Virus record (IMG/VR): IMGVR_UViG_3300037455_000372
Location: 171,710 to 235,709 of that record
Source of the DNA: a virus
Taxonomy: Duplodnaviria > Heunggongvirae > Uroviricota > Caudoviricetes
Direction: 5' to 3' (one strand)
Length of the DNA stretch: 64,000 nucleotides
Under the pieces are notes generated by a model. That model was not told the origin of the DNA. It saw nothing but the letters and a program-made list of their open reading frames with translations, and did no database searches. Shown here in pieces: positions 1 through 9,402 of the stretch (position 1 is the stretch's first letter; every line of letters begins with the position of its first letter). Position numbers and translations under genes: made by a program.

Positions 1-16
1 CGGTCTCTGCACTTAT

Positions 17-1585
17 ATGATGTATGATAGCCACGATGTTTCCGGTGGCCGTACTGGCAAGGTCATCGTTTGTCCGACTCGTGCCGGTAACGTGGAAGGT
101 GTTGCTCAACGATTGGCTGACATCATTAACCGAAAGCTTATGGAAGTTTACCACACCGATAGGCCGTATGCGGTTGTGAAGCCGTTAGACCAGATTGAAT
201 ACAATGTAAGTACCGGTGAAGGAAAACCGCCGAAAGTGATTCGAGGTATTAGAGGTACCGGTATGAACATCGGTATCGATATCGATTGTTCGGAAAGGAT
301 TGATGTCGATGGAGCTTTGGTTGACCCGCGTGTGGCCGTTAGTAGGTTGTTCAAAGATGGCCTACTTCCTATCCAGACGTTTAGTGTCGAAACGACATCT
401 ACCCAATCGACCGAAGATCGTCTTACGTCTCAGGACACCGACGACGATAAGTCTCTAGCCACAAAGGTTGACGCCAATATTGCAGCTGGTCACGAAGCAA
501 TGGGTGACAGTATCGACAATAGTGACGAGAAGGCAAAGGTCGCCGCATTGGTGCAGCGTATGGGCGAAATTCCGAAACGAATCGCTATACTGAATGGGAT
601 CTCGGATAACTACTTGGATGGTTCTGAACCTGATACATCGTGGGCTGCGACTCCGTTCAAGTTGCCTCCGATGTCAAACGATGCATACCTGAATTTGGTT
701 AATACGGTCACTGCATTGAGCGATTACATTATCAGTTCTACCGCCGACCGTTTCAGTGACGGTTACAAGCCGGTTGCGTATGATGGCATCTTTATGAACC
801 GTAATATCCGATTTGCCACGAATGAAATTCCTCGTGGCAAGGAATCAATTACGCTGGAAAAATATGCCGAGACAATGAACGCTATCTTGGACGGTTGCGA
901 GAATGCAGCATCGCAGCCCGAAGAATTGCGTTTGATTAAGTCTGCTCGACTGGCTGTCGGTGCCATCAAGTTGTTTGAGGAAAACGTATTTAAGCTTATC
1001 TCCGGTAACTTTAAGCCATATACGAAGGATCTCGATGTAAAGGAAATCGAATCAAAGCGTAAGGCTACCGAGCTTGCTGACAAGTATCAGAATGCTATGG
1101 TAAGCGTTAAGAAGATGGATGCGCTGACTGGCTTCCCGTTGACCAAGGTATTTAGCGGTATGGTTAAACCGACGATGACCTTGGATTCCTACTTGAATAA
1201 TGCAATGGGTTGGATGCAAAAGACTGCCGACCAGCAGCACGATTCTGACCAAGCTATGAATCAGTTGAGCGAGAAGTTTGTAAAGCTCGTTGAAATCAAT
1301 ACGGCTTTGAACTCGCTGCTCAATGGCAACAGTAAGACCGCGCCGAATGCAGTTAAAGTGTTGGATAATATCTTGGCCAGTGCAGCTCCGGATGCCGAAC
1401 CGCAAGAACAGCCTAAACCGCAGCAAGCTCCGGCGGAAAAGCCGACCGAACCTCAAAAACCTTCGACTGAAGCTCCGAAGCCGGTGGAACAGCCGACCGA
1501 AGAGCCGAAGCCCGAACCAGCCGCCGAGCCTGAACCGAAACCTGAAGACGACGATGATTTGGATGATATCGACGAAGAGGTCTAA
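17..1585 (+). CDS. Hypothetical protein, probably truncated at the 5' window edge, with a Pro/Glu-rich acidic tail
   Basis: 522-aa ORF; the frame stays open back to the window start; typical codon usage; PEPKPE/DDDD C-terminus. Confidence 0.75.
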   Translation: MMYDSHDVSGGRTGKVIVCPTRAGNVEGVAQRLADIINRKLMEVYHTDRPYAVVKPLDQIEYNVSTGEGKPPKVIRGIRGTGMNIGIDIDCSERIDVDGALVDPRVAVSRLFKDGLLPIQTFSVETTSTQSTEDRLTSQDTDDDKSLATKVDANIAAGHEAMGDSIDNSDEKAKVAALVQRMGEIPKRIAILNGISDNYLDGSEPDTSWAATPFKLPPMSNDAYLNLVNTVTALSDYIISSTADRFSDGYKPVAYDGIFMNRNIRFATNEIPRGKESITLEKYAETMNAILDGCENAASQPEELRLIKSARLAVGAIKLFEENVFKLISGNFKPYTKDLDVKEIESKRKATELADKYQNAMVSVKKMDALTGFPLTKVFSGMVKPTMTLDSYLNNAMGWMQKTADQQHDSDQAMNQLSEKFVKLVEINTALNSLLNGNSKTAPNAVKVLDNILASAAPDAEPQEQPKPQQAPAEKPTEPQKPSTEAPKPVEQPTEEPKPEPAAEPEPKPEDDDDLDDIDEEV

Positions 1586-1587
1586 AT

Positions 1588-3891
1588 ATGAATGTAACCG
1601 CATCATACATTCCAGCTGATACGACATTCTCCATCGACTTGACTGCCGATGAAGCGAACCTTTATCGTGCAAGGCTATTCTTGAACTATGCCGGTATGCT
1701 GTCGTACATCGGTGATGAAGGCCAAGGCTTGATGGTATTGGATGATGAAAACCTCAACCGAGATACCTTTAAGTCTGGTGTTCTGTATGATGACTGGAAC
1801 TGTTCGTTTAGACCGCCTCGCATCGATGCCCACAAGTTTAACTGCGAGCTGGTGGTTCCGATTTCGGTTGGCCACAACGACATTATCCTTGAAGACTTTG
1901 GCAATCAAGTATCTGGCGAATCCGTCCTTGAATCCGAAGTGACTAATCCGGTCAACATATTGATCGAGCAGATTAACCCGGCCACGTTGGACGACGTGGT
2001 TCTGATAAAGGTCGATGGAAATAACGTGACGGTTACAACCGAGGAACAGCACGGCTTGACCAAGGGTGATGTAGTTACGATTGATAACAGCATCTATTCC
2101 GACAAGCATACCTTGGGTCCGGATGGCCTTCGTATTCTTGGTTCGTTCAAGGTTGTTTCCGTTACGCCGACGACATTTACCTATGTCACGAAGCATTACA
2201 TTATGCCTAGCGACACGGTGTTCATTGACGGTGATGCCAACTGGAAGTGCGGTAAGTGGACTGCGGTTGTGTATGAGGACACTGGCGTAACAATCTCGAA
2301 TAAGAACGACGACCCGGAAAGCGGCGTTGTGGTTTTGACTTATCAGACTCCGCCGTCGTATGAAGCTAACGATTATGTCAACTTGGATTCAACGGCGCAA
2401 ACCAGTCAAGCGCAAGTATCTCGTATATCTGGAACGACGGTTGAAATCGATAACTTGTCTGTTGACGAACCACACTCGATTGTCGTGTATCACTCACCGC
2501 GCACACCGTCGGCTGCTGTTCCCACTAATTGGTTCTACGAAGCTCCGTCCACCGAGACTTCTTATGTCCAACAAGTTTCGAACGCGTCTCAATACGACCA
2601 TACGATGAACACGTATTTTGTGTCTCCGTATCTGGACACTTATTTCACGAAGAACGACGATGCGGTTCATATTGGGGAAAAGACTCTCAAGTGCGCTGGC
2701 GGCGAGAATCCGTCAATCATTTGTATCAAGTTCCCGAATATTACGATGGACGTGGACTATGGCCAGACCGCGACGCTTCGTATGTACGTATCGAAAATGA
2801 GCTACAGCGAGGCAACGGTTTCTCTTTACCAGATGGATTCAAGCGGATGGCGCGAGGATATGTCCTATGACGAGGTACTTGAACACGTAACCTTGATTCC
2901 GGTAGCCAGTGCCGCGCTTACGAACCCAGCTCTGAAGGATATCAACCGTTCGGATGATACACCGAACCTTGGCGATTACAATAGCTATGTCGACTTTGAG
3001 ATTGACTCGGTAATTCTTGGCCAGTGGCTGTCTGGGAGTACGGCGTACCCACCTTCAGTGTGTATGAAGGTGTTGAGCGTTGGCGACCCGGTTATTGAGT
3101 TTAACGCTACCGAATCTGGCGAACAAGTACCGTATTTCATCGTGACTGGCGGCGAGGAAGCTTTGCTCGGTCAGGAACCGTTCGACATAACCGTGGTTGA
3201 CCCGGCTACTGAACCGGGAAAGATTATCCGTATCGAGGTGGACGACGCTGACGCTACGTTCGGTAATTCGCTGTACGATAACGTCGTAAAGATCAATGGA
3301 ATAAATGCCGTCATTATGAACGGTTCTCCGTATTTCATTGACGTGGTTGTTCCGGATTCTGTGGCTGGCGTTTCGGAAGTTCAAATTTACAAGAAAGTCC
3401 GTAACAAGGAACTGGTTCTTACTAACCCGACCTCGATTTACGTTAATAACGACTTGACGAAACGCGATATCAAGCTTGCGGCCAAGAAGAATCCGGGCGA
3501 AATCAGTGGCAAGACCAGCCGCTCCGCGATTTACAACCGTGACCTTGGTTATAGCAACTTCAAGGAAGTTACCGACGAAACGAGTCTTTTGCAGAACGTG
3601 TACTCGTGTCTACTAACTTCCCAAGGCGAGCGTCTGTTCAACCAGAATTTCGGCTCCCACATTGAAGACCGAATCTTTACTTTGGGTTCCACGACCGATG
3701 AAGTCGACCTACTCAAGGAATGTATCGAGGTCGTCGGAAAGTACGAGCCTAGAGTGCAAATTGATCCAGAACGCAGTTCTTGCGACTTCGACGACAACGG
3801 ATGTTATAATTTAGTGCTTGCGGTGATACTCCCGACAGCACGCACCGAGATGTTGAAGTTTACGTTCAAGAGCCGTGGTAGGATTGTATAA
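1588..3891 (+). CDS. Multidomain baseplate protein with C-terminal gp25-like wedge domain and N-terminal beta-rich domains (DNRLRE/IPT-like)
   Basis: C-terminal SLLQNVYSCLLTSQGERLFNQNFGS...YEPRV matches the gp25 family signature; DTY...ATLRMYV...W and 'VKING..A.IM...IDVVVP' segments resemble DNRLRE and IPT/TIG domains. Confidence 0.75.
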   Translation: MNVTASYIPADTTFSIDLTADEANLYRARLFLNYAGMLSYIGDEGQGLMVLDDENLNRDTFKSGVLYDDWNCSFRPPRIDAHKFNCELVVPISVGHNDIILEDFGNQVSGESVLESEVTNPVNILIEQINPATLDDVVLIKVDGNNVTVTTEEQHGLTKGDVVTIDNSIYSDKHTLGPDGLRILGSFKVVSVTPTTFTYVTKHYIMPSDTVFIDGDANWKCGKWTAVVYEDTGVTISNKNDDPESGVVVLTYQTPPSYEANDYVNLDSTAQTSQAQVSRISGTTVEIDNLSVDEPHSIVVYHSPRTPSAAVPTNWFYEAPSTETSYVQQVSNASQYDHTMNTYFVSPYLDTYFTKNDDAVHIGEKTLKCAGGENPSIICIKFPNITMDVDYGQTATLRMYVSKMSYSEATVSLYQMDSSGWREDMSYDEVLEHVTLIPVASAALTNPALKDINRSDDTPNLGDYNSYVDFEIDSVILGQWLSGSTAYPPSVCMKVLSVGDPVIEFNATESGEQVPYFIVTGGEEALLGQEPFDITVVDPATEPGKIIRIEVDDADATFGNSLYDNVVKINGINAVIMNGSPYFIDVVVPDSVAGVSEVQIYKKVRNKELVLTNPTSIYVNNDLTKRDIKLAAKKNPGEISGKTSRSAIYNRDLGYSNFKEVTDETSLLQNVYSCLLTSQGERLFNQNFGSHIEDRIFTLGSTTDEVDLLKECIEVVGKYEPRVQIDPERSSCDFDDNGCYNLVLAVILPTARTEMLKFTFKSRGRIV

Positions 3892-4793
3892 TGCTCATTC
3901 AGCAAGTTGGCGATAGGCAGATTGTCTATGTATCGGATTACAAGTCCGAGTATATGGACGTTGCGAAGGAATTTGGAATGGTCGATGATTTCGGCCAGTT
4001 CCATAATTATGTGCAGGGGAAAGAGGAAAGTTACCGCAACGCCAACGGAATTATGATGCCGGCCTTCCACTTGATCGGAAAGACCGTTAATCTGTTCATC
4101 GTAAATGACCATATCGAAGCTCGGTCTAATACCGTTCAGGACATCGCAAACGCACTGAATTACTTTCCGGAGGACTCCAGATTTACGGTCGCCGGACATA
4201 CGTTTGTGTCGAAGTTCAGTACCGACAATGGCTATCTGAGGGATGTCGCAAAACGCGGAATTACGATAAAAGGCGGCCTTAAAAAGGACCTTGCAAAAAT
4301 TCACGACTTGATGACACACCTCGATTTGAACAATGGAAAGCTTTTCGAACCGGTCATCGCACGGTATGTTTATACCAGCCGGGAGATGCCGAAGAGAATG
4401 CATTTAGTCGGATATTTCGATTTGGAGCAATATCTTAGGGTAATCAGTAACCCAGCCGCAGAAGCTTTTAACCATAAAAGCGGCGAACTTTTGATTTATA
4501 TGGATCTTGGTACCAATCCAGTTTCCGTAAAAGTGCGAAATATTGTGAAAGATTGCTGCGAATTGGAAATCACCGGTCCGAAAGGTATGTACGATTTGAA
4601 GAAAATGGCCGAATTTAAGCCTTTGGTCGTCCTAACTAAGACCCCTTTGAAGATAAAAGACGCCAAATTCCCGTGGTGCAAGGTCAGATTTGACCATACT
4701 GACGTGTTTATGACCCCCCTGATGTCCAAGGAAGATGCTTGGAAAACCCTCCAAGGAGGACTCGATTTGCTTTCAGTTCCAGAGAAAAAGTGA
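3891..4793 (+). CDS. Hypothetical protein
   Basis: 300-aa ORF coupled to the upstream gene by a TAATG overlap; no motif recognised. Confidence 0.7.
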   Translation: MLIQQVGDRQIVYVSDYKSEYMDVAKEFGMVDDFGQFHNYVQGKEESYRNANGIMMPAFHLIGKTVNLFIVNDHIEARSNTVQDIANALNYFPEDSRFTVAGHTFVSKFSTDNGYLRDVAKRGITIKGGLKKDLAKIHDLMTHLDLNNGKLFEPVIARYVYTSREMPKRMHLVGYFDLEQYLRVISNPAAEAFNHKSGELLIYMDLGTNPVSVKVRNIVKDCCELEITGPKGMYDLKKMAEFKPLVVLTKTPLKIKDAKFPWCKVRFDHTDVFMTPLMSKEDAWKTLQGGLDLLSVPEKK

Positions 4794-4840
4794 TAAGCTA
4801 CCCATTGCGACACCCCCAGAAACCCCCTGTGTCACCCAGT

Positions 4841-4869
4841 TTGTAATTCAAATTGCTTTTAGTTATCTT
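4841..4869 (+). promoter_or_regulatory. Sigma70-type promoter TTGTAA-N17-TATCTT (TTGCAATTCAAA class)
   Basis: Same architecture recurs at 9317, 13850, 19130, 30220, 53750 and 63877. Confidence 0.7.
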
Positions 4870-4894
4870 AAACCAAAACATAAGGAAACCCCAT

Positions 4895-6190
4895 ATGGCA
4901 ACTAAAAAAACAGCAAAAGCAGCATCCCCCTCCGTCGCAGATGACGATTTCTCCTTCTTCAAGAAGATCAAGGTTGGCGACCGTTACGCCGACAAACTTA
5001 TCCGCCACCCGAATTTCGGATATTGCGATTCCGGTTCGTACATCTTCAACGCCTTACTATCTGGCGATTTGTTCGGCGGATTCCCTCTCAACAAAATCAT
5101 TATGGTTGCTGGTAAACAGCAGTCCGGTAAGTCCTTCATTGCGAAGAACAACTTCGCTTATGGCTTGATGCAGAAGGGTTACTACATTTATTGGTACGAC
5201 ACCGAAGGTGAAACGACTGAAGAAGAATTGGAAGAACAGAACGGCTTCAACCCCGATCAGTATCGTCTGATTAAGGAAATCACGACCGTCGAAGACTACT
5301 TTATTTCCGTGAACGGCGTGATTAACGACCTCGAAGAAGACCGTGGCGACAGCATCGAAGTGAAGCGTAAGTGCGCTATCGTGTTGGACTCTCAGGGTGA
5401 ACTTTCTACTGAAAAGGCCATCAACGACGCTACCAAGGGTGAAATCAAGTCCGATATGACCAAGGCCAAGCTTTTGGCTGGTATGTATCGTTCCATCACC
5501 AACCGCTGCGCTAACCTCGGTATTCCGATGTTCATCACTAACCACATCTATATGGACTCCAGTGGAGCTATGTACGGCAACCCGGAAAAGATTGCTGGTG
5601 GTGAAGGTGCTCAGTTCTCCGCTTCCATCATTCTCAGCCTCCATAAGAGCTACCAGAAGGCTGGCAAGGACGGCGAAATTACTGGCGTTATCCTTAACGC
5701 TACGGTGACCAAGAGCCGTATGGTCAAGGCAAAGCTCAAGGCTCCGATTTATGTCGACTACAACCGTGGTATCGACCGTTACTATGGTCTGCAGCAGATT
5801 GCCGAAAACGCTGGCCTCATCGAGAAGTGGAACAAGGACGACTATGGCGACCTTCCGAAGCCGATTGACAAGGCTACCGGAAAGACCACTCGTAAGGATT
5901 GTTGGGTTATCAAGGATCCGAACAAGGACCCGTCCGAATGGCGCGTATTCACCGAAATGGGTATGTACTGCAAGGCCGGTCTCGGTTCCATCCTTGAACC
6001 GCTGAACGAGTACATCAAGGCCGAATTCAAGTTCCGTCCGCCGAAACTCCGTCGTGACGACGAGGAGCTTGACCTCGACGAATCTGAAGTCGAAGCAGCC
6101 GAAAAGGATGCCGAAAAGGACATCAAGGCTGAACTGAAGTACCTTGAAGAGGCTGAAAAGAAGATGATGCAGCCCGACAAGGATGCCTAA
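4895..6190 (+). CDS. uvsX: UvsX/RecA-like recombinase
   Basis: DSGSYIFNALLSG, Walker A GKQQSGKS, YDTE, IVLDS, TNHIY, GGEG...ASII motifs; ATG at 4895 follows SD AAGGA. Confidence 0.93.
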   Translation: MATKKTAKAASPSVADDDFSFFKKIKVGDRYADKLIRHPNFGYCDSGSYIFNALLSGDLFGGFPLNKIIMVAGKQQSGKSFIAKNNFAYGLMQKGYYIYWYDTEGETTEEELEEQNGFNPDQYRLIKEITTVEDYFISVNGVINDLEEDRGDSIEVKRKCAIVLDSQGELSTEKAINDATKGEIKSDMTKAKLLAGMYRSITNRCANLGIPMFITNHIYMDSSGAMYGNPEKIAGGEGAQFSASIILSLHKSYQKAGKDGEITGVILNATVTKSRMVKAKLKAPIYVDYNRGIDRYYGLQQIAENAGLIEKWNKDDYGDLPKPIDKATGKTTRKDCWVIKDPNKDPSEWRVFTEMGMYCKAGLGSILEPLNEYIKAEFKFRPPKLRRDDEELDLDESEVEAAEKDAEKDIKAELKYLEEAEKKMMQPDKDA

Positions 6191-6198
6191 TGGATCTT

Positions 6199-6226
6199 GG
6201 GTGTCGCGAATGGCGACACCCCTTTT
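6199..6226 (+). terminator. Intrinsic terminator
   Basis: GGGTGTCGC/GCGACACCC stem followed by CTTTT after uvsX. Confidence 0.65.
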
Positions 6227-6254
6227 CCTCCTTACACTTATTTGATTTTGAACT

Positions 6255-7769
6255 ATGCAAGAAGTCTATAATTTAACTCGCGAAGATATGGTTATCCGCA
6301 CGTTCTTTAGTGACAAGATTCTGTCACAAAAGATGATGCCTTACCTAGACCCTACATTGTATGAGGATAAGACTAACCAGCAAGTGGTGTCTATTGTCAA
6401 CAAGTTCATTAGGAAGCATCACCGTTCGCCGGAAGCTCAGGAGCTGGTTCTGTGTCTTGACAACACAGGGTTCGCCGACGAGGCGCGTAACCGTATAATG
6501 GAACTTTGCAACGCGAAGATAGCTACGCCGAAGCAAGACTTCTTGGTTCAGATGCTTGAAAAGTTTTACCAAGAAAAGGCATCGACCAATATTCTCAAGC
6601 AGTCTGCCGTCCACATTTTTGAAAACAATATCGAGGCGGTTCGCGACCTTTTACCGGCACTCAGAAACAAGCTGAACTTCTCGCTGCATATGTCTCTCGG
6701 TCTCGACCTTGTCGATGACATTGACGAGGCCAAACGCCGATTGAAAGAAGTCTCCAAGCCGATTCCGTCCGGCATTACTGACATTAACGTGTTCACCGCG
6801 CAGCGCAAGGATGACCCTACGACTGGCGGCTATCCTAAAAAGACGCTCTGTTTGTATGTCGGCCAGCCGAACGTCGGTAAGACGCTCGTGCTTTGCTCCG
6901 AATCTTGCTATGCGGTACGAGCTGGCTATAACGTGATGTACATCTCCTTGGAACTTTCCGAGGAATACCTCTGGCGTCGTATGGCCGCAAACCTCACCGG
7001 TATCGACCAGTATGAAGTTACTGAACTCTCTACCGAGGAATGTAAGGCCAAGATTGAAGCCGCTCGACTTTCTAGCGTAGAGAAGATGGGTCGCTTGAAG
7101 ATCAAGCGAATGAAGACGACGACCACGCCGTACGAAATCGACGCCTTGCTTGACGAGTACGAGACGGAAGTCGGCGCACCGGCCGATATGCTCGTAATCG
7201 ACTATATCGGTATTATGAAACCGAATCAGCGTCCGGGTATGATTGAGAATATGTACAAGGACGGTCAGGCAAAGGCTGAACAGATCCGCGAAATCTGTAT
7301 CGAGCGCAATATGGTCGGTCTTTCTGCCATCCAGTTCGGTCGTTCTGGCTATTCGTCGCTCGATGCTGGCCTTGAGTCTGTGCGAGAATCGTCCGGTTAT
7401 AACGAAACCGCTGACTTAATGATTACCATCACGATTGACCATATCCTCAAGGGTCTCAATATGTACTACCATATGATCAAGAAGAATCGCTTTGGCGAGA
7501 ACGAGGTTCCGTTCTATACCAAGCGCGACTATGGTACGATGTTGTGGTACCCGGCAACTGAGGAGGATGTCCAAGAGGAACATCGTGCTCGTGAGGAGTT
7601 CGAGGTGGTTCAGAACTCGACTGGCGCGATGTTTGGCGGAAATAGCGTTGCTTCTGGAAAGATGAACCGAGCTAAACCGGTTGCTCCGAAGAAGAGCCGA
7701 CCGCCACAAACTGGTGCCGAACAAGAGGCCGCTCTGGCAAATTTGAGCGATATGAGTGCGCTGATGTAA
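6255..7769 (+). CDS. gp41: Replicative DNA helicase, gp41/DnaB-like
   Basis: Walker A GQPNVGKT, YISLELSE, VIDYIGIM, SAIQFGR, TADLMI, KNRFG. Confidence 0.92.
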   Translation: MQEVYNLTREDMVIRTFFSDKILSQKMMPYLDPTLYEDKTNQQVVSIVNKFIRKHHRSPEAQELVLCLDNTGFADEARNRIMELCNAKIATPKQDFLVQMLEKFYQEKASTNILKQSAVHIFENNIEAVRDLLPALRNKLNFSLHMSLGLDLVDDIDEAKRRLKEVSKPIPSGITDINVFTAQRKDDPTTGGYPKKTLCLYVGQPNVGKTLVLCSESCYAVRAGYNVMYISLELSEEYLWRRMAANLTGIDQYEVTELSTEECKAKIEAARLSSVEKMGRLKIKRMKTTTTPYEIDALLDEYETEVGAPADMLVIDYIGIMKPNQRPGMIENMYKDGQAKAEQIREICIERNMVGLSAIQFGRSGYSSLDAGLESVRESSGYNETADLMITITIDHILKGLNMYYHMIKKNRFGENEVPFYTKRDYGTMLWYPATEEDVQEEHRAREEFEVVQNSTGAMFGGNSVASGKMNRAKPVAPKKSRPPQTGAEQEAALANLSDMSALM

Positions 7770-7809
7770 CTTTGAACTAGTTTAACTGATAACTCCATCA
7801 GGTTCAATT

Positions 7810-8415
7810 ATGGATTTATCGCGCTATCTCAAAGATGATACACCAGAAGATATCGACGAACAGGCCGTACCGGGCGCAAATCTCGACGAAATGGTCTTGA
7901 TCGATACCAAGCCATCCTCCATTGTTGATGTTCTCAACGCTTATTTGAAGACCCCACGGTTCCCCGATGACGCTTGCATCGCGCTAACGATGCCTGACGC
8001 GACCTTGAAGAAATACAAGGAAAAGCTCAACTCGGCACTGTGGTGGTTCTACACTCGCTACTGCAAGAAGGATTTCGGAATGATGGAAATCCTTGTCGCC
8101 GTAGAAAAAATGGTTGACGCGAACAAGCTTACGACAATGCTTGACAACGAAATCAAGATGGTCGTCGCGAAGGAACGCGGTCTAGTCGTTACCGAAGATG
8201 ATTTGGAACTTGCCGCGAAGTCGGCTGGCTCCAAGAAGATCGAGAAGGTCGAGGAAGCCCCGGCTGAGGAAGCTCCTCATTACGCGACAATGAACGACGA
8301 TGACTTTATGGAGAAACTGATGGAAGACGACCCCGAAGAGGAAGCCGAAATGCTGGCTGGCTTGGGGGTGATGGACGACGAAGACGAGGAAGGTGAAGAC
8401 AATGCCAAAGTTTAA
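7810..8415 (+). CDS. Hypothetical acidic protein
   Basis: 201-aa ORF with typical codon usage and a D/E-rich tail. Confidence 0.7.
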   Translation: MDLSRYLKDDTPEDIDEQAVPGANLDEMVLIDTKPSSIVDVLNAYLKTPRFPDDACIALTMPDATLKKYKEKLNSALWWFYTRYCKKDFGMMEILVAVEKMVDANKLTTMLDNEIKMVVAKERGLVVTEDDLELAAKSAGSKKIEKVEEAPAEEAPHYATMNDDDFMEKLMEDDPEEEAEMLAGLGVMDDEDEEGEDNAKV

Positions 8416-9088
8416 CGTGAAAAAGAGCTTTACGGCGATTACTGACCAGCACAAGGCCGATATGGCCGTGAAGGAAGAGAAGGCAAAGGAAGAGTCCAAG
8501 GAACTCACCAACGCCATCGTGAATATGGGCAGTAAGGACGCTGGTGGTGCCGGTACTGGTGTGCTGGTCGCTACCCCGGCTTATAAAAAGTGGCTCGCCC
8601 AAGTCCAGTCCAGAAACTGTTTCATCGGAAAGTCCTATATGCAGTCGGCACCGGAATTCGAGCGTGAAGACGAAGAGGCCACCGAGCAGACCAAGATGGA
8701 AGATGTCGATGCCGCCAAGATTATGTTCAAGGACAAGGACGGCACTCTCCATATTCGTGACGACTACGACCCGAACAACATCGACGACGAAGTCGAGAAC
8801 GAAAAGCTTACTGGCGATGCATCTAAGTTCGCTGACTTGTGCGAAATCAACAAGATTGTGGCTAACCAGATTACGTGGGACTTTGACGCTATCTTGAAGG
8901 AAGTTGAAGCCAAGCTTGAAGAGATTCACGCTGACGAGGATGATTACTCGCTACCTGAGAACCTTGCCGAGCAGTTGGAAGCTTCCATTTCGCACGCGAA
9001 GTCTGTTGCAGCACTTACCTATCACAAGGAAATGCATGACGCAGCTCAAAAGGATGAGGCCGCTCGTGGCAGTGACGCAAGAGCCTAA
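8402..9088 (+). CDS. Hypothetical acidic protein
   Basis: ORF with ATG at 8402 after GAAGGTG, overlapping the upstream gene. Confidence 0.7.
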   Translation: MPKFNVKKSFTAITDQHKADMAVKEEKAKEESKELTNAIVNMGSKDAGGAGTGVLVATPAYKKWLAQVQSRNCFIGKSYMQSAPEFEREDEEATEQTKMEDVDAAKIMFKDKDGTLHIRDDYDPNNIDDEVENEKLTGDASKFADLCEINKIVANQITWDFDAILKEVEAKLEEIHADEDDYSLPENLAEQLEASISHAKSVAALTYHKEMHDAAQKDEAARGSDARA

Positions 9089-9272
9089 TAGATGGTCACG
9101 GATAACCGAAGGTGAGAGTATTGTAGATACTATCATCTCGGTGTCCAATAAAATCGAGGCGGCAACTCGCCGTGGAAGGCCGTCTGGCGGCATTATTATA
9201 GGCGATAACCCGGTGCTTGAAAAAATCTTTAAAGACGCTGGTTATACAATAGTTGATATTAACCAAAAGTGA
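9066..9272 (+). CDS. Small protein resembling a fragment of T4-like major capsid protein
   Basis: In-frame GTG at 9066 with GAGG 6 nt upstream; SNKIEAATRRGRPSGGIII resembles the gp23 'I...TRRG.GN.II' motif. Confidence 0.4.
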   Translation: MAVTQEPNRWSRITEGESIVDTIISVSNKIEAATRRGRPSGGIIIGDNPVLEKIFKDAGYTIVDINQK

Positions 9273-9316
9273 TAAACTTCGGTTGAATTGGCGGAAAATG
9301 GGCTTTTTTGGCTTGC

Positions 9317-9345
9317 TTGCAATTCAAATTTCCTTTTTCTACAAT
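9317..9345 (+). promoter_or_regulatory. Promoter TTGCAA-N17-TACAAT; an ATAAACT late-type motif also lies at 9272-9278
   Basis: Recurrent motif upstream of the SSB gene. Confidence 0.75.
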
Positions 9346-9402
9346 TCAAACCATCAGTAAAAACCCATAACCCTAAGAAACCCTTAGAAAGGAAAAATCC
9401 CT

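Noticed and set aside
4853-4894. Upstream start extensions in the ORF track (4853, 14781, 23948, 24378, 30034, 32188, 34067, 37461, 53750)
   Set aside because: They run through promoters, terminators or upstream genes; downstream ATGs with an SD or stop-start coupling fit better
4807-6222. GCGACACCCC direct repeat flanking uvsX
   Set aside because: Only 10 bp, one copy is a terminator arm, and no mobility gene is present; probably chance
7810-8415. gp33 late co-activator assignment (also considered for 30256-30717)
   Set aside because: Resemblance too weak to call without a profile search
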